Assembly: GCF_000253055.1 (NCBI RefSeq)
Contig: NC_016070.1
Coordinates: forward strand, 1,320,001 to 1,352,000
Source of the DNA: Thermoproteus tenax Kra 1
GTDB lineage: Archaea; Thermoproteota; Thermoprotei; Thermoproteales; Thermoproteaceae
Length of the DNA: 32,000 nucleotides
Direction: 5' to 3'
Every line of letters begins with the position of its first letter. Position 1 is the first letter of the stretch. A program made the translations under genes and the position numbers. The notes under the pieces were generated by a model, which did not search any database, was not told the DNA's origin, and saw nothing but the letters and a program-made list of their open reading frames with translations. This document shows, one piece after another, positions 14,807 to 25,710 of this stretch.

Positions 14807-16111
14807 CTATTTTTGTATAATACCGGCGTTGATCAATACCTCCATGGTTTTTATGCTTCTGCCGATGATCTCCTGTGCTATATTTAATTCCTCTCTGTAG
14901 CTCAACGGCTTGCGCGCAAGCCCCAACTCGGACGCTTTAGCCGCTACTGCGGCCGCCTCGCGTGGGTATACCTCCCACTCGGTCATCTTGGGAAGTATAT
15001 AGTCCTCGCTTAGCTTCGGCTCCGCATATCTTGCGAGCTCCTCAGCCGCCGCTATAAGCATCTCGTCCGTCACAGTTACAGCCCGTGCGTCTAATAAACC
15101 CCTAAACACAGCGGGAAACACAAGCGAATTGTTCACTTGGTTTGGGAAATCGCTTCTGCCAGTGGCGACCACCTTGGCTCCCGCCTCCTTGGCCTCCCAT
15201 GGCCATATCTCCGGCGTAGGGTTGGCCAACGCAAACACAATGGGATCCTTGTTCATCGCGGTCACCCACTCCTTCTTTATTATGCCAGGACCTGGGCGAG
15301 AGGCCGCCACAACTATGTCGGCCCCCCTTAGCGCCTCCGGTATCCCGCCCTTTCGCCTCTCGGCGTTAGTCTTTATAGCATATTCATACTTCCACGGGTT
15401 CTCTAACATGAGGCTGTCCATGTCCTCGCGCTCCGGATGTAGTATGCCCTTGGCGTCCACCATGATTATATTCCCAGGCTTTACGCCGTAGGCTATCAAG
15501 AGTCTGGCCGTGTAGATATTAGAGGCACCGGCGCCAATCAGCGCTATCTGGGCCTCTCTCAGCTTTTTCCCCACTATCTTAGTCGCGTTTATTAAGCCCG
15601 CCAACGTCGCGGTGGCCGTGCCCTGCTGGTCGTCGTGCCATACTGGTATTTTAAGCTCTCTGCTCAGTTTATCCAATATCCTGAAACACTTAGGCGACTC
15701 TATGTCTTCTAGGTTTATACCGCCGAAGGCCGGCTCCAACGCCTTGACCACCTCTATGAATTTATCTGCGTCCCTCGCCTTTATGGGCAAAGGAACTGCG
15801 TCCACTCCGCCGAGATACTTGAATATAAGCGCCTTGCCCTCCATGACTGGATATGCTGCCTCTGACCCTACATTTCCGAGACCGAGAACTCTTGTGCCGT
15901 CGGAGATAACTGCGATGACGTTCCATCTAGAGGTCAGCTCGAAGGAAAGATCCACGTTCTCCGAAATCCTTCTCGAGACCTCGGCAACGCCGGGACTATA
16001 ATATATTGCAAAATCCTCCATTGATGTAATTGGAACCTTAGGAATTGTAGCAAATTTGCCATTATATTTCTTATGGATTTCCACGGATAGATTATACCAT
16101 TTATCTGTCAT
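14807..16111 (-). CDS. NAD(P)-dependent malic enzyme (short form)
   Basis: 434 aa. [16 protein letters not shown], the Rossmann motif IGAGASNI and [12 protein letters not shown] are typical of malate oxidoreductases. Confidence 0.9.
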   Translation of the reverse strand: MTDKWYNLSVEIHKKYNGKFATIPKVPITSMEDFAIYYSPGVAEVSRRISENVDLSFELTSRWNVIAVISDGTRVLGLGNVGSEAAYPVMEGKALIFKYLGGVDAVPLPIKARDADKFIEVVKALEPAFGGINLEDIESPKCFRILDKLSRELKIPVWHDDQQGTATATLAGLINATKIVGKKLREAQIALIGAGASNIYTARLLIAYGVKPGNIIMVDAKGILHPEREDMDSLMLENPWKYEYAIKTNAERRKGGIPEALRGADIVVAASRPGPGIIKKEWVTAMNKDPIVFALANPTPEIWPWEAKEAGAKVVATGRSDFPNQVNNSLVFPAVFRGLLDARAVTVTDEMLIAAAEELARYAEPKLSEDYILPKMTEWEVYPREAAAVAAKASELGLARKPLSYREELNIAQEIIGRSIKTMEVLINAGIIQK

Positions 16112-16152
16112 TGAGAATTTATGTTTTTAAGGTATAAATATATTTGTTTGAT

Positions 16153-16557
16153 ATGATTTCGCTAATTGGCAAATATGAAGTAAATCTAGACTTCCATAAT
16201 AAATATATATTAATAAAACAAAATAATAATATTATTTATTTTATTAGATTTAATGATATTATATCTAAATTTTATAGGATAGCCAACACGTTACAGGAGC
16301 TGGATAGAGGTCCCGTTGGCCTCGCCCTACGCCTTGAGGCTTGCAATGATTGGACAGCTACAGTATCTCCTAAACTCACAGGCTCTGGCTGGATCGTCGA
16401 TTATGGGCAAAGGAAGATCATAGCCGCGAGATGTCTCAACGGCTCTTGCATCCTAGCGGAGCGTTGTGTCATGCCCGATATATACTATTTAGATAACAAG
16501 ACGTACGACGGCGAGGTCTTAGCCGCCCTTACAAGCTTGCGCCTCGTGGAATTTTAA
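16153..16557 (+). CDS. Hypothetical Cys-containing protein
   Basis: ORF-track start at 16144 is TTG; the first ATG is at 16153. The N-terminal third is extremely AT-rich (Asn/Ile/Lys/Tyr). The C-terminal part has normal composition and 4 Cys. No recognisable family. Confidence 0.4.
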   Translation: MISLIGKYEVNLDFHNKYILIKQNNNIIYFIRFNDIISKFYRIANTLQELDRGPVGLALRLEACNDWTATVSPKLTGSGWIVDYGQRKIIAARCLNGSCILAERCVMPDIYYLDNKTYDGEVLAALTSLRLVEF

Positions 16558-16635
16558 ATATAAGGCCTGCGTCTGACTATACCAGTGATGTAAAGGTTTC
16601 CGGTGGGAGATATGACCGGGCCGCATGTTCTGATA

Positions 16636-18202
<1,567 letters not shown>

Positions 18203-18236
18203 CGCCTCGGGTTTTAATCGAAGTTAATAAAAATTT

Positions 18237-18830
18237 CTATTTCAGCTTCCTCGCCGATAGGATCAAGTTGGCTATGAAGTCGGCCGCTATTTCGGCATGC
18301 TCAAAGGGGCGCGATTGTGGCCTTCCTCTGAAGTTAATTATGTGCACCATGCACTCGGCCGCGTTGGCCGCGGCAAATGCATAGTATCTATTGGCCATCT
18401 GGTGCATCTCTATCTCCTCCTCAGTCTCTTGATCTCTGAACCTCGTTGGATCGCCCTTTCTTCTCTCGAGGATATCCTTGCTGTCGTATTCTATCAATAC
18501 TATGGCGTCCGGCTTGAGCTTTGACACAACTCTGTCGGGCAGCCCCGGATAGTAGCCGCCCATCATCTTGATAGATGCGTGTGTGTCCACCAAGACGTCC
18601 CCAGGCAGAGATGCTATGTATTCCGCTGCCTCCTCTTGCACCTTTCGGTACTCCTCTACAGGTATCTTTTTCCTCATCTCGTCCCTATTCGTTATTCCGT
18701 ATTTCTTCTTCGATATCTCCAACATGACGTCGCCGAAATTAACGATTTGGACATCGGGCACCTTCTTCCTTACATACCCCATTATGGTGGTCTTTCCGCT
18801 ACCCGGGACCGCAACTAGGATTATCCTCAT
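18237..18830 (-). CDS. adkA: Adenylate kinase, archaeal type
   Basis: MRIILVAVPGSGKTT (P-loop), DRDEMRK-like NRDEMRK, DTHASIK..GYYPGLP. Collinear with Sulfolobus AdkA. Confidence 0.9.
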   Translation of the reverse strand: MRIILVAVPGSGKTTIMGYVRKKVPDVQIVNFGDVMLEISKKKYGITNRDEMRKKIPVEEYRKVQEEAAEYIASLPGDVLVDTHASIKMMGGYYPGLPDRVVSKLKPDAIVLIEYDSKDILERRKGDPTRFRDQETEEEIEMHQMANRYYAFAAANAAECMVHIINFRGRPQSRPFEHAEIAADFIANLILSARKLK

Positions 18831-18860
18831 AGGGCGTTTTACTACTACTTTTTTAAAGCT

Positions 18861-19502
18861 TTACTTATTAATTATAGATTTCAACAGAAGAAAGGCGTCC
18901 TTGGGCGATGGGGCCGACGTGATGAATCTGCCTACTATAACCACATCTATATCGCGTTTAGATAAGATCTCAAGCTCCCTCTGGCCTATACCTCCCGCCA
19001 AGGCTACCTTAACTCCGAGCCTCTTAATCCTTTCAGCTTCTTCGATTAACCTATCTATGGGTATGCCTCTCCTTCTCTGGACGTCTATGCCTATATGCAA
19101 CGTGACCATGTCTACGGCGACGTGGCTCACTATCTCCCTCACGCGGGTCTCAGGGTCGGCGACACCTATAGTGTCAACTACGACCTTTAAGCCGAGCTCC
19201 CTCGCCTTGTTTACAAAATCCTCTATAGTTTCTAAGTTCGTGCCGGCCATTACGGTGGCCCAGTCGGCGCCGGCCTTCCAAGCCAGCTCTGCCTCTAGAG
19301 CGCCCACATCGGCCGTCTTTAAGTCGGCGACCACCTCGGCGGTTCTACACGCCGACTTTATCAGGCCCACAGATCCCAAGCCGAAGGTCTTTATCAACGG
19401 CGTGCCGGCCTCTAGGAGGTCTGCGCCGGCCTCGCACAAAGATCTAGCCATGTCGATCGTCCTCAATAAGTCCACTAAATCTAAGGCCACTTGTATCCTC
19501 AC
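18861..19502 (-). CDS. 3-hexulose-6-phosphate synthase (OMPDC-suprafamily)
   Basis: The QVALDL, EAGTPLIK, ADLKTAD, HIGIDVQ and ALAGGI motifs match the HPS/KGPDC pattern. Confidence 0.75.
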   Translation of the reverse strand: MRIQVALDLVDLLRTIDMARSLCEAGADLLEAGTPLIKTFGLGSVGLIKSACRTAEVVADLKTADVGALEAELAWKAGADWATVMAGTNLETIEDFVNKARELGLKVVVDTIGVADPETRVREIVSHVAVDMVTLHIGIDVQRRRGIPIDRLIEEAERIKRLGVKVALAGGIGQRELEILSKRDIDVVIVGRFITSAPSPKDAFLLLKSIINK

Positions 19503-19599
19503 AGGATCTGGATCTCGCTCACTTTTAACAGTCCTCTCTTCAGACCTCGCCGTCTAGACCGCCCAGAAAGTAAATATTTTCAACTGCCGAGTCATACCC

Positions 19600-20040
19600 A
19601 TGGCTTGCCGCAAGCCCGCCGACTATCTCTACGGCGAACATACGGCCGACATACTCATAAGGGCCTACGGTTGTACTCTCGACGAGGCCTTCAAGAACGC
19701 CGCCATAGGAACTGTCGAGATAATGTACGACACAAGCGCCGTCACGCCGGCAAAAGGCGTGGAGGTGAGACTCGAGCATGACGACCTGGAGGGGCTCTTG
19801 TTCGCCTGGATCAGCGAAATCCTCTACCTGTTTGATGGAGAGAAGTTCGCGATAGGCCGCCACATGGATCTAGAGGTAGGAGGGGATGGGCCCTACGTTC
19901 TGGCCGCCACACTGAGGGGGGAGAGATACGACGTCGATAAACACAGATTTAAGGGGCTCATAGTAAAGGCTATGACGTACAATATGATGAAGATAGCGAA
20001 GAACGAGTTCTGGGAGCTTCAGTTTGTGGTCGATATATGA
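19600..20040 (+). CDS. Archease
   Basis: 146 aa. The GEHTADILIRAYGCTLDEAFKNAA start and KGLIVKAMTYNMMKI end are characteristic of archease. Confidence 0.85.
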   Translation: MACRKPADYLYGEHTADILIRAYGCTLDEAFKNAAIGTVEIMYDTSAVTPAKGVEVRLEHDDLEGLLFAWISEILYLFDGEKFAIGRHMDLEVGGDGPYVLAATLRGERYDVDKHRFKGLIVKAMTYNMMKIAKNEFWELQFVVDI

Positions 20041-20330
20041 ACTTCTACGACTTTCTGTGGAGCGCGGTCAAGAGACCGCACCTTATCCGCGAGTATGCTG
20101 AGAGGGTAGGCGTCTCCATAGCCATAAATCAAGCTGGCGACTTCTATGAACGGCTGAGAGATGTCGCAAGGGCGGCGGTGGAGATAATAGAAATTGAGGC
20201 CAGATACGTGGGCCCTCTGCCGCAACTAAAGGACAGATGTCGCGACGTCAGGAGGTTCGTGGCTGAGGCGATCGAGGATCTAATAGAGGCCGGCAGAGAA
20301 ACGGGGGATTTAAGGATGCCCAACTGTTAG
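20037..20330 (+). CDS. Hypothetical protein, translationally coupled to archease
   Basis: 97 aa and helical/charged. ATGA overlap with the archease stop. No recognisable family. Confidence 0.45.
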   Translation: MNFYDFLWSAVKRPHLIREYAERVGVSIAINQAGDFYERLRDVARAAVEIIEIEARYVGPLPQLKDRCRDVRRFVAEAIEDLIEAGRETGDLRMPNC

Positions 20331-20499
20331 ATTATGACCAACTCCTCCTCCTTCAAAGATTCGGCGAGCTTCCTCCTGTCCCCCTCTCTGGGCAACATTC
20401 TGAGGAGCAACACCCAGAGGTTCGTCTTCATATAGTAGGGCCCGCCGAACTAAATAAGGAGAATGGCTATTTTGAGCGAGGGCTATTTTTATTCTGAGG

Positions 20500-20736
20500 A
20501 TGGCTTTCTGCGTGATTGTGTTTCAGACCGATTTCAAATGTCCTCGGTGTGGCCGCCTGCTGACGTTCGTGGAGGACGACTCAGCGATATGGCTTGGTTG
20601 CGACCACTGCCTCAGATATGTCAAAATCGATAGAAGAGGCGTGAGACGCTACTGGAACTATGTCCAACACAGAGTCCTGTGGCGCGACCTATTGAGAGAC
20701 CTCTACGAGTCCTTCGAGCTAGCCGTAGTGAGCTAA
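20500..20736 (+). CDS. Small zinc-ribbon protein
   Basis: 78 aa with CPRCG...CDHC (four Cys ligands). The TATA position suggests the real start may be slightly downstream (GTG at 20512). Confidence 0.5.
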   Translation: MAFCVIVFQTDFKCPRCGRLLTFVEDDSAIWLGCDHCLRYVKIDRRGVRRYWNYVQHRVLWRDLLRDLYESFELAVVS

Positions 20737-21098
20737 TCAGTCTCCCCGAACTTATATTCTCGTCCGTGTCTCACGATTCTTACTCTAGACTTCAGGGGGA
20801 CGATGTACCCTGCGTTGGTGAGAATCTTGTAGAGCTCGTAGTCCCACAGCTCTTTTATGACCCCTTGTTTGTTCAACTCGACTATCTTCTTGAGCAAGGG
20901 AGTCAGAGAGTCGCCGTATAGCTCAAGGGCCGTGTTAAATATCTCGTCGGCCCTATCCCCCCTAAGCAACCCCCTCACCGCGGCGATAATCTCCTCCTTC
21001 GTCATGGGCCGCTCCTCTCTCTTGGTGCTGCTGGAAAGCTGTCTCGCTGCGAGCTCCAACGCCTTTCTCTTAAGGATGGAGTCTATGTCGTCCGACAT
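20733..21098 (-). CDS. PDCD5-like double-stranded DNA-binding protein
   Basis: 121 aa. MSDDIDSILKRKALELAARQ, a central helical region and a basic C-terminus follow the pattern of archaeal PDCD5/TFAR19 homologs. Confidence 0.55.
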   Translation of the reverse strand: MSDDIDSILKRKALELAARQLSSSTKREERPMTKEEIIAAVRGLLRGDRADEIFNTALELYGDSLTPLLKKIVELNKQGVIKELWDYELYKILTNAGYIVPLKSRVRIVRHGREYKFGETD

Positions 21099-21132
21099 AA
21101 GTGGGACTACGTTACAATGTTATATACTTTAA

Positions 21133-22692
21133 TCAGAGAAACATCTCAGCTACGACGATGGGGCGGTATATTTCCAATCTCTCGAGGATCTGAGGATGTA
21201 CCTCTCCAATATAGCCTGCGAGGTCGCCCGTCAGTTGGGCGCATCTTCCTTCGATGCACCAAGGAAGTTTGACATTGGAGGGGACGCATCTGAGCCCCAA
21301 GTTGCCGCAGAGGGCCGTAAGCACCGAGGCCCCATCGGTTATTGTTATATTTTCGCCAGATATTAAATAGGCGATCGACCTAGCCGTTCTGCCTCTCACG
21401 ACGACGTCTCCAACCTCAAAAAGCTTCAAGTGGGGCCTCCTCTGACGTGACGCCGCGTAGAGCAAGCCCGGCACCAACGAACTTCTTACAGCATTCAGAG
21501 TCTCAGAGACGGGGTTGAGAATTAGGGGGTGCTCTGTGCCGAACATCCTGTAGAGTCCGGCGTCCCCCAAAACGCCGCCCATGACTTCTTGGAACCCCAG
21601 TGAGAGCAATTGCCTTCTTGCGTCCTCTGTGAGCACTTCTACGGCATGTCTCCTGCCGATGCTTGCGACGAGCGGTGGCGCGCGCGGGAGTGCGTTGTAT
21701 CCCTTGATTATGGCAACGTCCTCCGCTAAATCTATCCAGCTTAGCAGATTTATTCTGTAGGGCGCCACTTTCACGTTGCCGTCATCTACGTCGTGGCGAG
21801 CTCTTCTGAGGGCGTCTATGTATTCCTCGCCCGACATTTTAAGGCCGAGGACGTCCTCGATATCCTCCTTTCTGACGCCTATACTGCGCGGCTGCGTCGG
21901 ATCAATGTAGCGCCCGTTTATTTTCACAAGTTCCACCACCTTGCTCCTGCTCCTTTCGAGCAAACTGTATACCAATATCGACAATATCTTGGTGAGGGCC
22001 TCTACGCTGTGGCCCGTCACGTCAATTAACACGTCTCTTGTCTGCGGCGTAACTTTGCAACACTCGCTTCCGAGTATCGGTATCACGACCATTATCTTGC
22101 CGTCTGAGTCCACCAAGGCAGGCGGCGCGTCTCTACGCACCAGAGGAGAGTATCTTCTCCCCTTATCGGTCAGCTCGTACATCTCCTTGACCTTGATCGG
22201 TTTATCGAAGCCAAGCGGCGTGTACTCGTCCTCCTGCGAGATCCTCTTGTAATATATAGGCGGCTTTATCTTGGAGAGGTCGTAGAACCCTATCGCCACC
22301 TTCTTTCTATCCCGTCCATACGTCTCATGTAACTTCTCTTGTAACTGTATTATCTGCGTCAGAGATTCGTCGTCCAACGAGAGGTCTCGCACAATCGCCA
22401 TCACCGCGTATGGCCTCTCCTCTATGACGCCTATATATTCTAGCGATATGCTGCCCGCTACTACGCTGGCCTTGGGAAGGCCCGTCTCCACGCCTAGGAT
22501 CCCCTTGATAGATCTCGCGAGTCCCTCTGCAGAGAAGTGATCCGGTCTATCGTGGCTGACCTCTATCCTCAGTCTATCTCCTTTCTGCTCCTCCACCTCT
22601 CCCTTTATGTGCTCAAAGGCCTTTAACACTTCGGACTCCCCTGCCCTCGTCAACCTCTGTAGATCCCACAGAGCTACATCCACTACAGGCAC
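21133..22692 (-). CDS. pheT: Phenylalanyl-tRNA synthetase beta subunit
   Basis: About 520 aa with the archaeal PheT architecture (B3/4-like and B5-like regions, catalytic-like C-terminal domain). The ORF-track start at 22707 is TTG. The GTG at 22692 (VPVVDVALWDL) lies about 23 nt from the TATA at 22711-22718. Confidence 0.85.
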   Translation of the reverse strand: MPVVDVALWDLQRLTRAGESEVLKAFEHIKGEVEEQKGDRLRIEVSHDRPDHFSAEGLARSIKGILGVETGLPKASVVAGSISLEYIGVIEERPYAVMAIVRDLSLDDESLTQIIQLQEKLHETYGRDRKKVAIGFYDLSKIKPPIYYKRISQEDEYTPLGFDKPIKVKEMYELTDKGRRYSPLVRRDAPPALVDSDGKIMVVIPILGSECCKVTPQTRDVLIDVTGHSVEALTKILSILVYSLLERSRSKVVELVKINGRYIDPTQPRSIGVRKEDIEDVLGLKMSGEEYIDALRRARHDVDDGNVKVAPYRINLLSWIDLAEDVAIIKGYNALPRAPPLVASIGRRHAVEVLTEDARRQLLSLGFQEVMGGVLGDAGLYRMFGTEHPLILNPVSETLNAVRSSLVPGLLYAASRQRRPHLKLFEVGDVVVRGRTARSIAYLISGENITITDGASVLTALCGNLGLRCVPSNVKLPWCIEGRCAQLTGDLAGYIGEVHPQILERLEIYRPIVVAEMFL

Positions 22693-22710
22693 GCAACCTA
22701 GATACAATCC

Positions 22711-22718
22711 TTATAAAA
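22711..22718. promoter_or_regulatory. Shared bidirectional TATA box (pheT minus / 22738 gene plus)
   Basis: ttataaaa lies about 23 nt from both the GTG at 22692 (minus) and the ATG at 22738 (plus). Confidence 0.45.
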
Positions 22719-22737
22719 CATATGCGTGCCAGTAGGT

Positions 22738-23037
22738 ATGGGCAGAGAGCTTGTCGAGAAGTATTTTCAGACTTTGTCCGAGGCCCTTAAGGAGCGCGCC
22801 AAGCGTGTGACCGTCGACTGGCGAAGCGATGAGGCGTTGGGGGAGATCCAGTTGGCCGAGGACTTCTATGTTTTCGTAGTCATCTCGTGGGCCGGCGATG
22901 AGTATTATATCGAGTATATGGTAGGCGATGAGAACGCCGTGATCTCGCCCAGGCATATCCAACTCTTGGAGGAGGCAGTGGCGGTCATCAAGACCGCCCA
23001 CAACATTGCGTCTAGGTTAGGCATAGCGTCTCACTAG
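22738..23037 (+). CDS. Hypothetical protein
   Basis: 99 aa from the ATG at 22738 (ORF-track GTG at 22726). No recognisable family. Confidence 0.45.
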   Translation: MGRELVEKYFQTLSEALKERAKRVTVDWRSDEALGEIQLAEDFYVFVVISWAGDEYYIEYMVGDENAVISPRHIQLLEEAVAVIKTAHNIASRLGIASH

Positions 23038-23078
23038 TTGAGGAGGAAGAGTTATAAACACCAGTTCCTCAGCTGACG

Positions 23079-23561
23079 ATGTCTGCGCCTCAAGAGGCTG
23101 AAGCCGCTCAACGCGGAAAAACTGGTTGGCCTCAGCCTGCAGTGATCCCCTCTGAGGAGTGGATAAGCTTTAGATATAGAGGTAAAACTTTGGATGAGAT
23201 TTTATCGATGTCGATGGATGATTTCATAAAGCTCCTTCCCGCTAGACAGAGGAGGAGTCTGCGAAGAGGGCTAAAGCCGGAACACAGGAGACTCCTCGAG
23301 AAAATCAGAAAGGCCAAGGCTCTGGCGGCTCAGGGCAAGAAGGTGGTCATAAAGACTCATTGTAGAGACATGATAATTCTGCCAGAGATGGTGGGACTTA
23401 CCATCCAAGTGTACAACGGCATCACTTGGATCCCCGTGTTTATATCGCCGTGGCACATAGGCCACTATTTAGGCGAGTTCGCTGTGACTGCCAAGCCTGT
23501 GCAACACGGAGAGCCCGGCTTGAAGGCGACTAAGTCGTCGTTGCACATAGCCGCGAAGTAG
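23079..23561 (+). CDS. rps19: 30S ribosomal protein uS19
   Basis: The RGKTLDEIL...[14 protein letters not shown]...[22 protein letters not shown] core of uS19/S15e is present. A TATA lies about 25 nt upstream. Confidence 0.9.
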   Translation: MSAPQEAEAAQRGKTGWPQPAVIPSEEWISFRYRGKTLDEILSMSMDDFIKLLPARQRRSLRRGLKPEHRRLLEKIRKAKALAAQGKKVVIKTHCRDMIILPEMVGLTIQVYNGITWIPVFISPWHIGHYLGEFAVTAKPVQHGEPGLKATKSSLHIAAK

Positions 23562-23563
23562 CC

Positions 23564-24007
23564 ATGACCACAATCAAGTTGCCCTCAAGGCCTCATATCG
23601 GTGATGTTGTTACTTTTCCAAACGGCACGAGGGTGAGGGTGGCCAACATAGGGATCCCGTGGATACAGCCGCCCTCGGTTGCTTGCGATGATCCAGAGTG
23701 TCCTTGGCACGGCCATCTCAAGATTAGGCCGAAGACCTTGGAAGTCGTCGTCGAGAGCGTAAGGATGCACAAGGCGGCCGTAGTCATCCACGAGTGGGTC
23801 CACTATGTTCCCAAGTACAAGCGTTACGAGAGAAGGCGCAGGAAGATCCACGTGAGAGTGCCCGAGTGTATAGAGGTAAAGCCCGGAGACAAGGTGATCA
23901 TAGCTGAGACTAGACCTCTCGCGAAGACCATAGCTTGGGTTGTTATAGGGAAGAGCGAGGATGTGGTCAATTGGACCGCCAAACGCGAGGTTTTGACGAC
24001 TGCTTGA
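23564..24007 (+). CDS. rps17: 30S ribosomal protein uS17
   Basis: CDDPECPWHGHLKIRPKTLEVVVESVRMHKAAVV...YKRYERRRRKIHVRVPECIEVKPGDKVIIAETRPLAKT. The GTG at 23633 is an alternative start, giving the usual VR..IG N-terminus. Confidence 0.9.
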   Translation: MTTIKLPSRPHIGDVVTFPNGTRVRVANIGIPWIQPPSVACDDPECPWHGHLKIRPKTLEVVVESVRMHKAAVVIHEWVHYVPKYKRYERRRRKIHVRVPECIEVKPGDKVIIAETRPLAKTIAWVVIGKSEDVVNWTAKREVLTTA

Positions 24008-24654
24008 GCTTCATAGTCATCGCCGACACTAGGGAATATAGATCAGACGTTATAAAATATATCAAAGAGGCTGGCTGTCAAGTCCTCGAAAAACAATTAG
24101 ATGTTGGAGACTATGTCGCAGGTCTTTTTGTCTTTGAGCGCAAAAGCTCACACGATTTCGTCACCTCTATCGTAGACAATAGGCTCTTCGACCAATTAAG
24201 CAGACTGAAGACAAGTGGCCTGAGGCCCGTAGTCCTCATCGAGGGCGACCTCTGGAGGGCTCTCAGCCAGAGGGCCGTTCATCCAAACGCAGTATTAGGC
24301 GCCCAACTGGCAATCCTGAGGATGGGCGTTGGCATAATATATACACAGACTCAAGAACAGAGCGGCAACGCCATATGTCTCGCTGCCAAGCAGTCGGAAA
24401 AAGAGGGCAGAGGCGTAAGATTGCCCCGGAGCAAGGAGGCCGACCTAAACTCGATCAGAATACAGTTGCTCACATCTCTGCCCGGCGTCGGTGTAAAGAC
24501 TGCTGAGGAGCTTCTGAAGAGGTACGGAACCCCTCTACGAGCTCTGCAGAACTATAAGTACTGGCCTCTCTCAACAAAGGCCTTGTTGAAGATAAAGAGG
24601 ATTTTGGAGGGCGATCAAGACGAGGAGGGGGGAGGCCTTCTCTCATTCATTTAA
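24004..24654 (+). CDS. xpf: XPF/ERCC4-type structure-specific endonuclease (short crenarchaeal form, nuclease plus HhH2)
   Basis: The ADTRE...GDYV...FERKSSHDFVTSIVDNRLFDQ (GDXnERKXXXD) nuclease motif and a C-terminal LPGVGVKTAEELLKRYG HhH are present. The ORF-track 5' extension overlaps uS17. The likely start is the TTG at 24004, overlapping the uS17 stop (TTGA). Confidence 0.8.
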   Translation: MSFIVIADTREYRSDVIKYIKEAGCQVLEKQLDVGDYVAGLFVFERKSSHDFVTSIVDNRLFDQLSRLKTSGLRPVVLIEGDLWRALSQRAVHPNAVLGAQLAILRMGVGIIYTQTQEQSGNAICLAAKQSEKEGRGVRLPRSKEADLNSIRIQLLTSLPGVGVKTAEELLKRYGTPLRALQNYKYWPLSTKALLKIKRILEGDQDEEGGGLLSFI

Positions 24655-25710
24655 CGAAATCCTCCACTCAAGGCCCATCCGGCTGGGAACATCGCCGCAT
24701 TCCCGTGGAGGGCTCTCTAATATCCTGCGCATGTTGAGGGCCAGGCGCGTAGGCCTCCGTCTCTCGTCCAATAGAGCAAAGAAGGGTCTATAGCCCAGAC
24801 CCCACTCGTAGCCGTGAAGGAGGGACCACCATATGGCCGCCTCGGGAGCGAGCTCCTTGAATACAGTTGACATATGACAGAGGTAGGCCTCTCTTATGGC
24901 CTCGTTACGCGTAGCTATTCCGTATTCCGTGACGGCGATCTTATATTTTCTCAAGTCAAGCAAAAGCTCCGGCCTTAGAACGTTTTCGAAGTCGCCGAAG
25001 GACACCTCTGTCGCTACGTAGTAGTTCACCGCAACTATATCCATCTCCCTCGCTATATCTAGAGTCGTTGGAGAGAGCCTTGTTAAAATCCAGGCCACGG
25101 GCTTGTGGCGCAAGTTCCTCGCTATATACTTGTTGTACGGATGCGTGAACGTGGCGCGCACTCCATAGCTCCTAGCAATGTCGCGGGCTTCAAGTATAGC
25201 TTCTCTGATGTTATCGAAGGCCCTTTTAGCATGCTTATAAGCAAGATATCCGTAGGGAGGCAGAATCCCTCTTAAATATGCAAGATATACATATATTTCT
25301 GGTTCATTAAAAATAATAAGATAATCTATATTTCTATTATAATTTATCAAAATAAATTCAATATAATTTTTAAAATGAGCCAAAATCTCCTTAGACTCCC
25401 AGGCGCCGATCTTCCATATCCACTTTGGATTCGTGAAGTGGTGCGCCGTAAGCCAGATCTCTAGCCCCGTCTCTTTCACATAGTTCAGATACCGGGCAAA
25501 GAAGTCGGCCCACCTCTTGTCTATGAACCCTCTTTGGGGCTCTATCAGCGCCCACTCTATCCCCGTCCTGAATACGTCGAGCCCTAGGCCCTTAGCCGCT
25601 CTTATATCCTCCTCATAAAACTGCAAGTGTCTTGCCCCCTCTTCGTCGGGAAGATCACAGCCGCAGATACCGAAGTGTTGGTAGGGCGATATGGCGGCGC
25701 CTATCTTCAT
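24643..25710 (-). CDS. Clan GH-A glycoside hydrolase (GH1-like beta-glycosidase, short)
   Basis: 355 aa. FRTGIEWALIEP, the acid/base motif IFNEPE and the nucleophile motif VTEYGIA match family-1-like TIM-barrel glycosidases. Confidence 0.6.
   Translation of the reverse strand: MKIGAAISPYQHFGICGCDLPDEEGARHLQFYEEDIRAAKGLGLDVFRTGIEWALIEPQRGFIDKRWADFFARYLNYVKETGLEIWLTAHHFTNPKWIWKIGAWESKEILAHFKNYIEFILINYNRNIDYLIIFNEPEIYVYLAYLRGILPPYGYLAYKHAKRAFDNIREAILEARDIARSYGVRATFTHPYNKYIARNLRHKPVAWILTRLSPTTLDIAREMDIVAVNYYVATEVSFGDFENVLRPELLLDLRKYKIAVTEYGIATRNEAIREAYLCHMSTVFKELAPEAAIWWSLLHGYEWGLGYRPFFALLDERRRPTRLALNMRRILESPPRECGDVPSRMGLEWRISLNE

Noticed and set aside
18568-19557. 329-aa plus-strand ORF, the longest unexplained ORF in the track
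   Set aside because: It lies entirely antisense to the well-supported adenylate kinase and HPS genes. It is Ser/Thr/Leu/Pro low-complexity with no motif. It is a typical shadow ORF.
22359-22405. C/D-like GUGAUGG ... CUGA (46 nt) with a 3-bp terminal stem
   Set aside because: It lies in sense orientation in the middle of the pheT coding sequence. The internal boxes are unrecognisable, so it is most likely a chance match.
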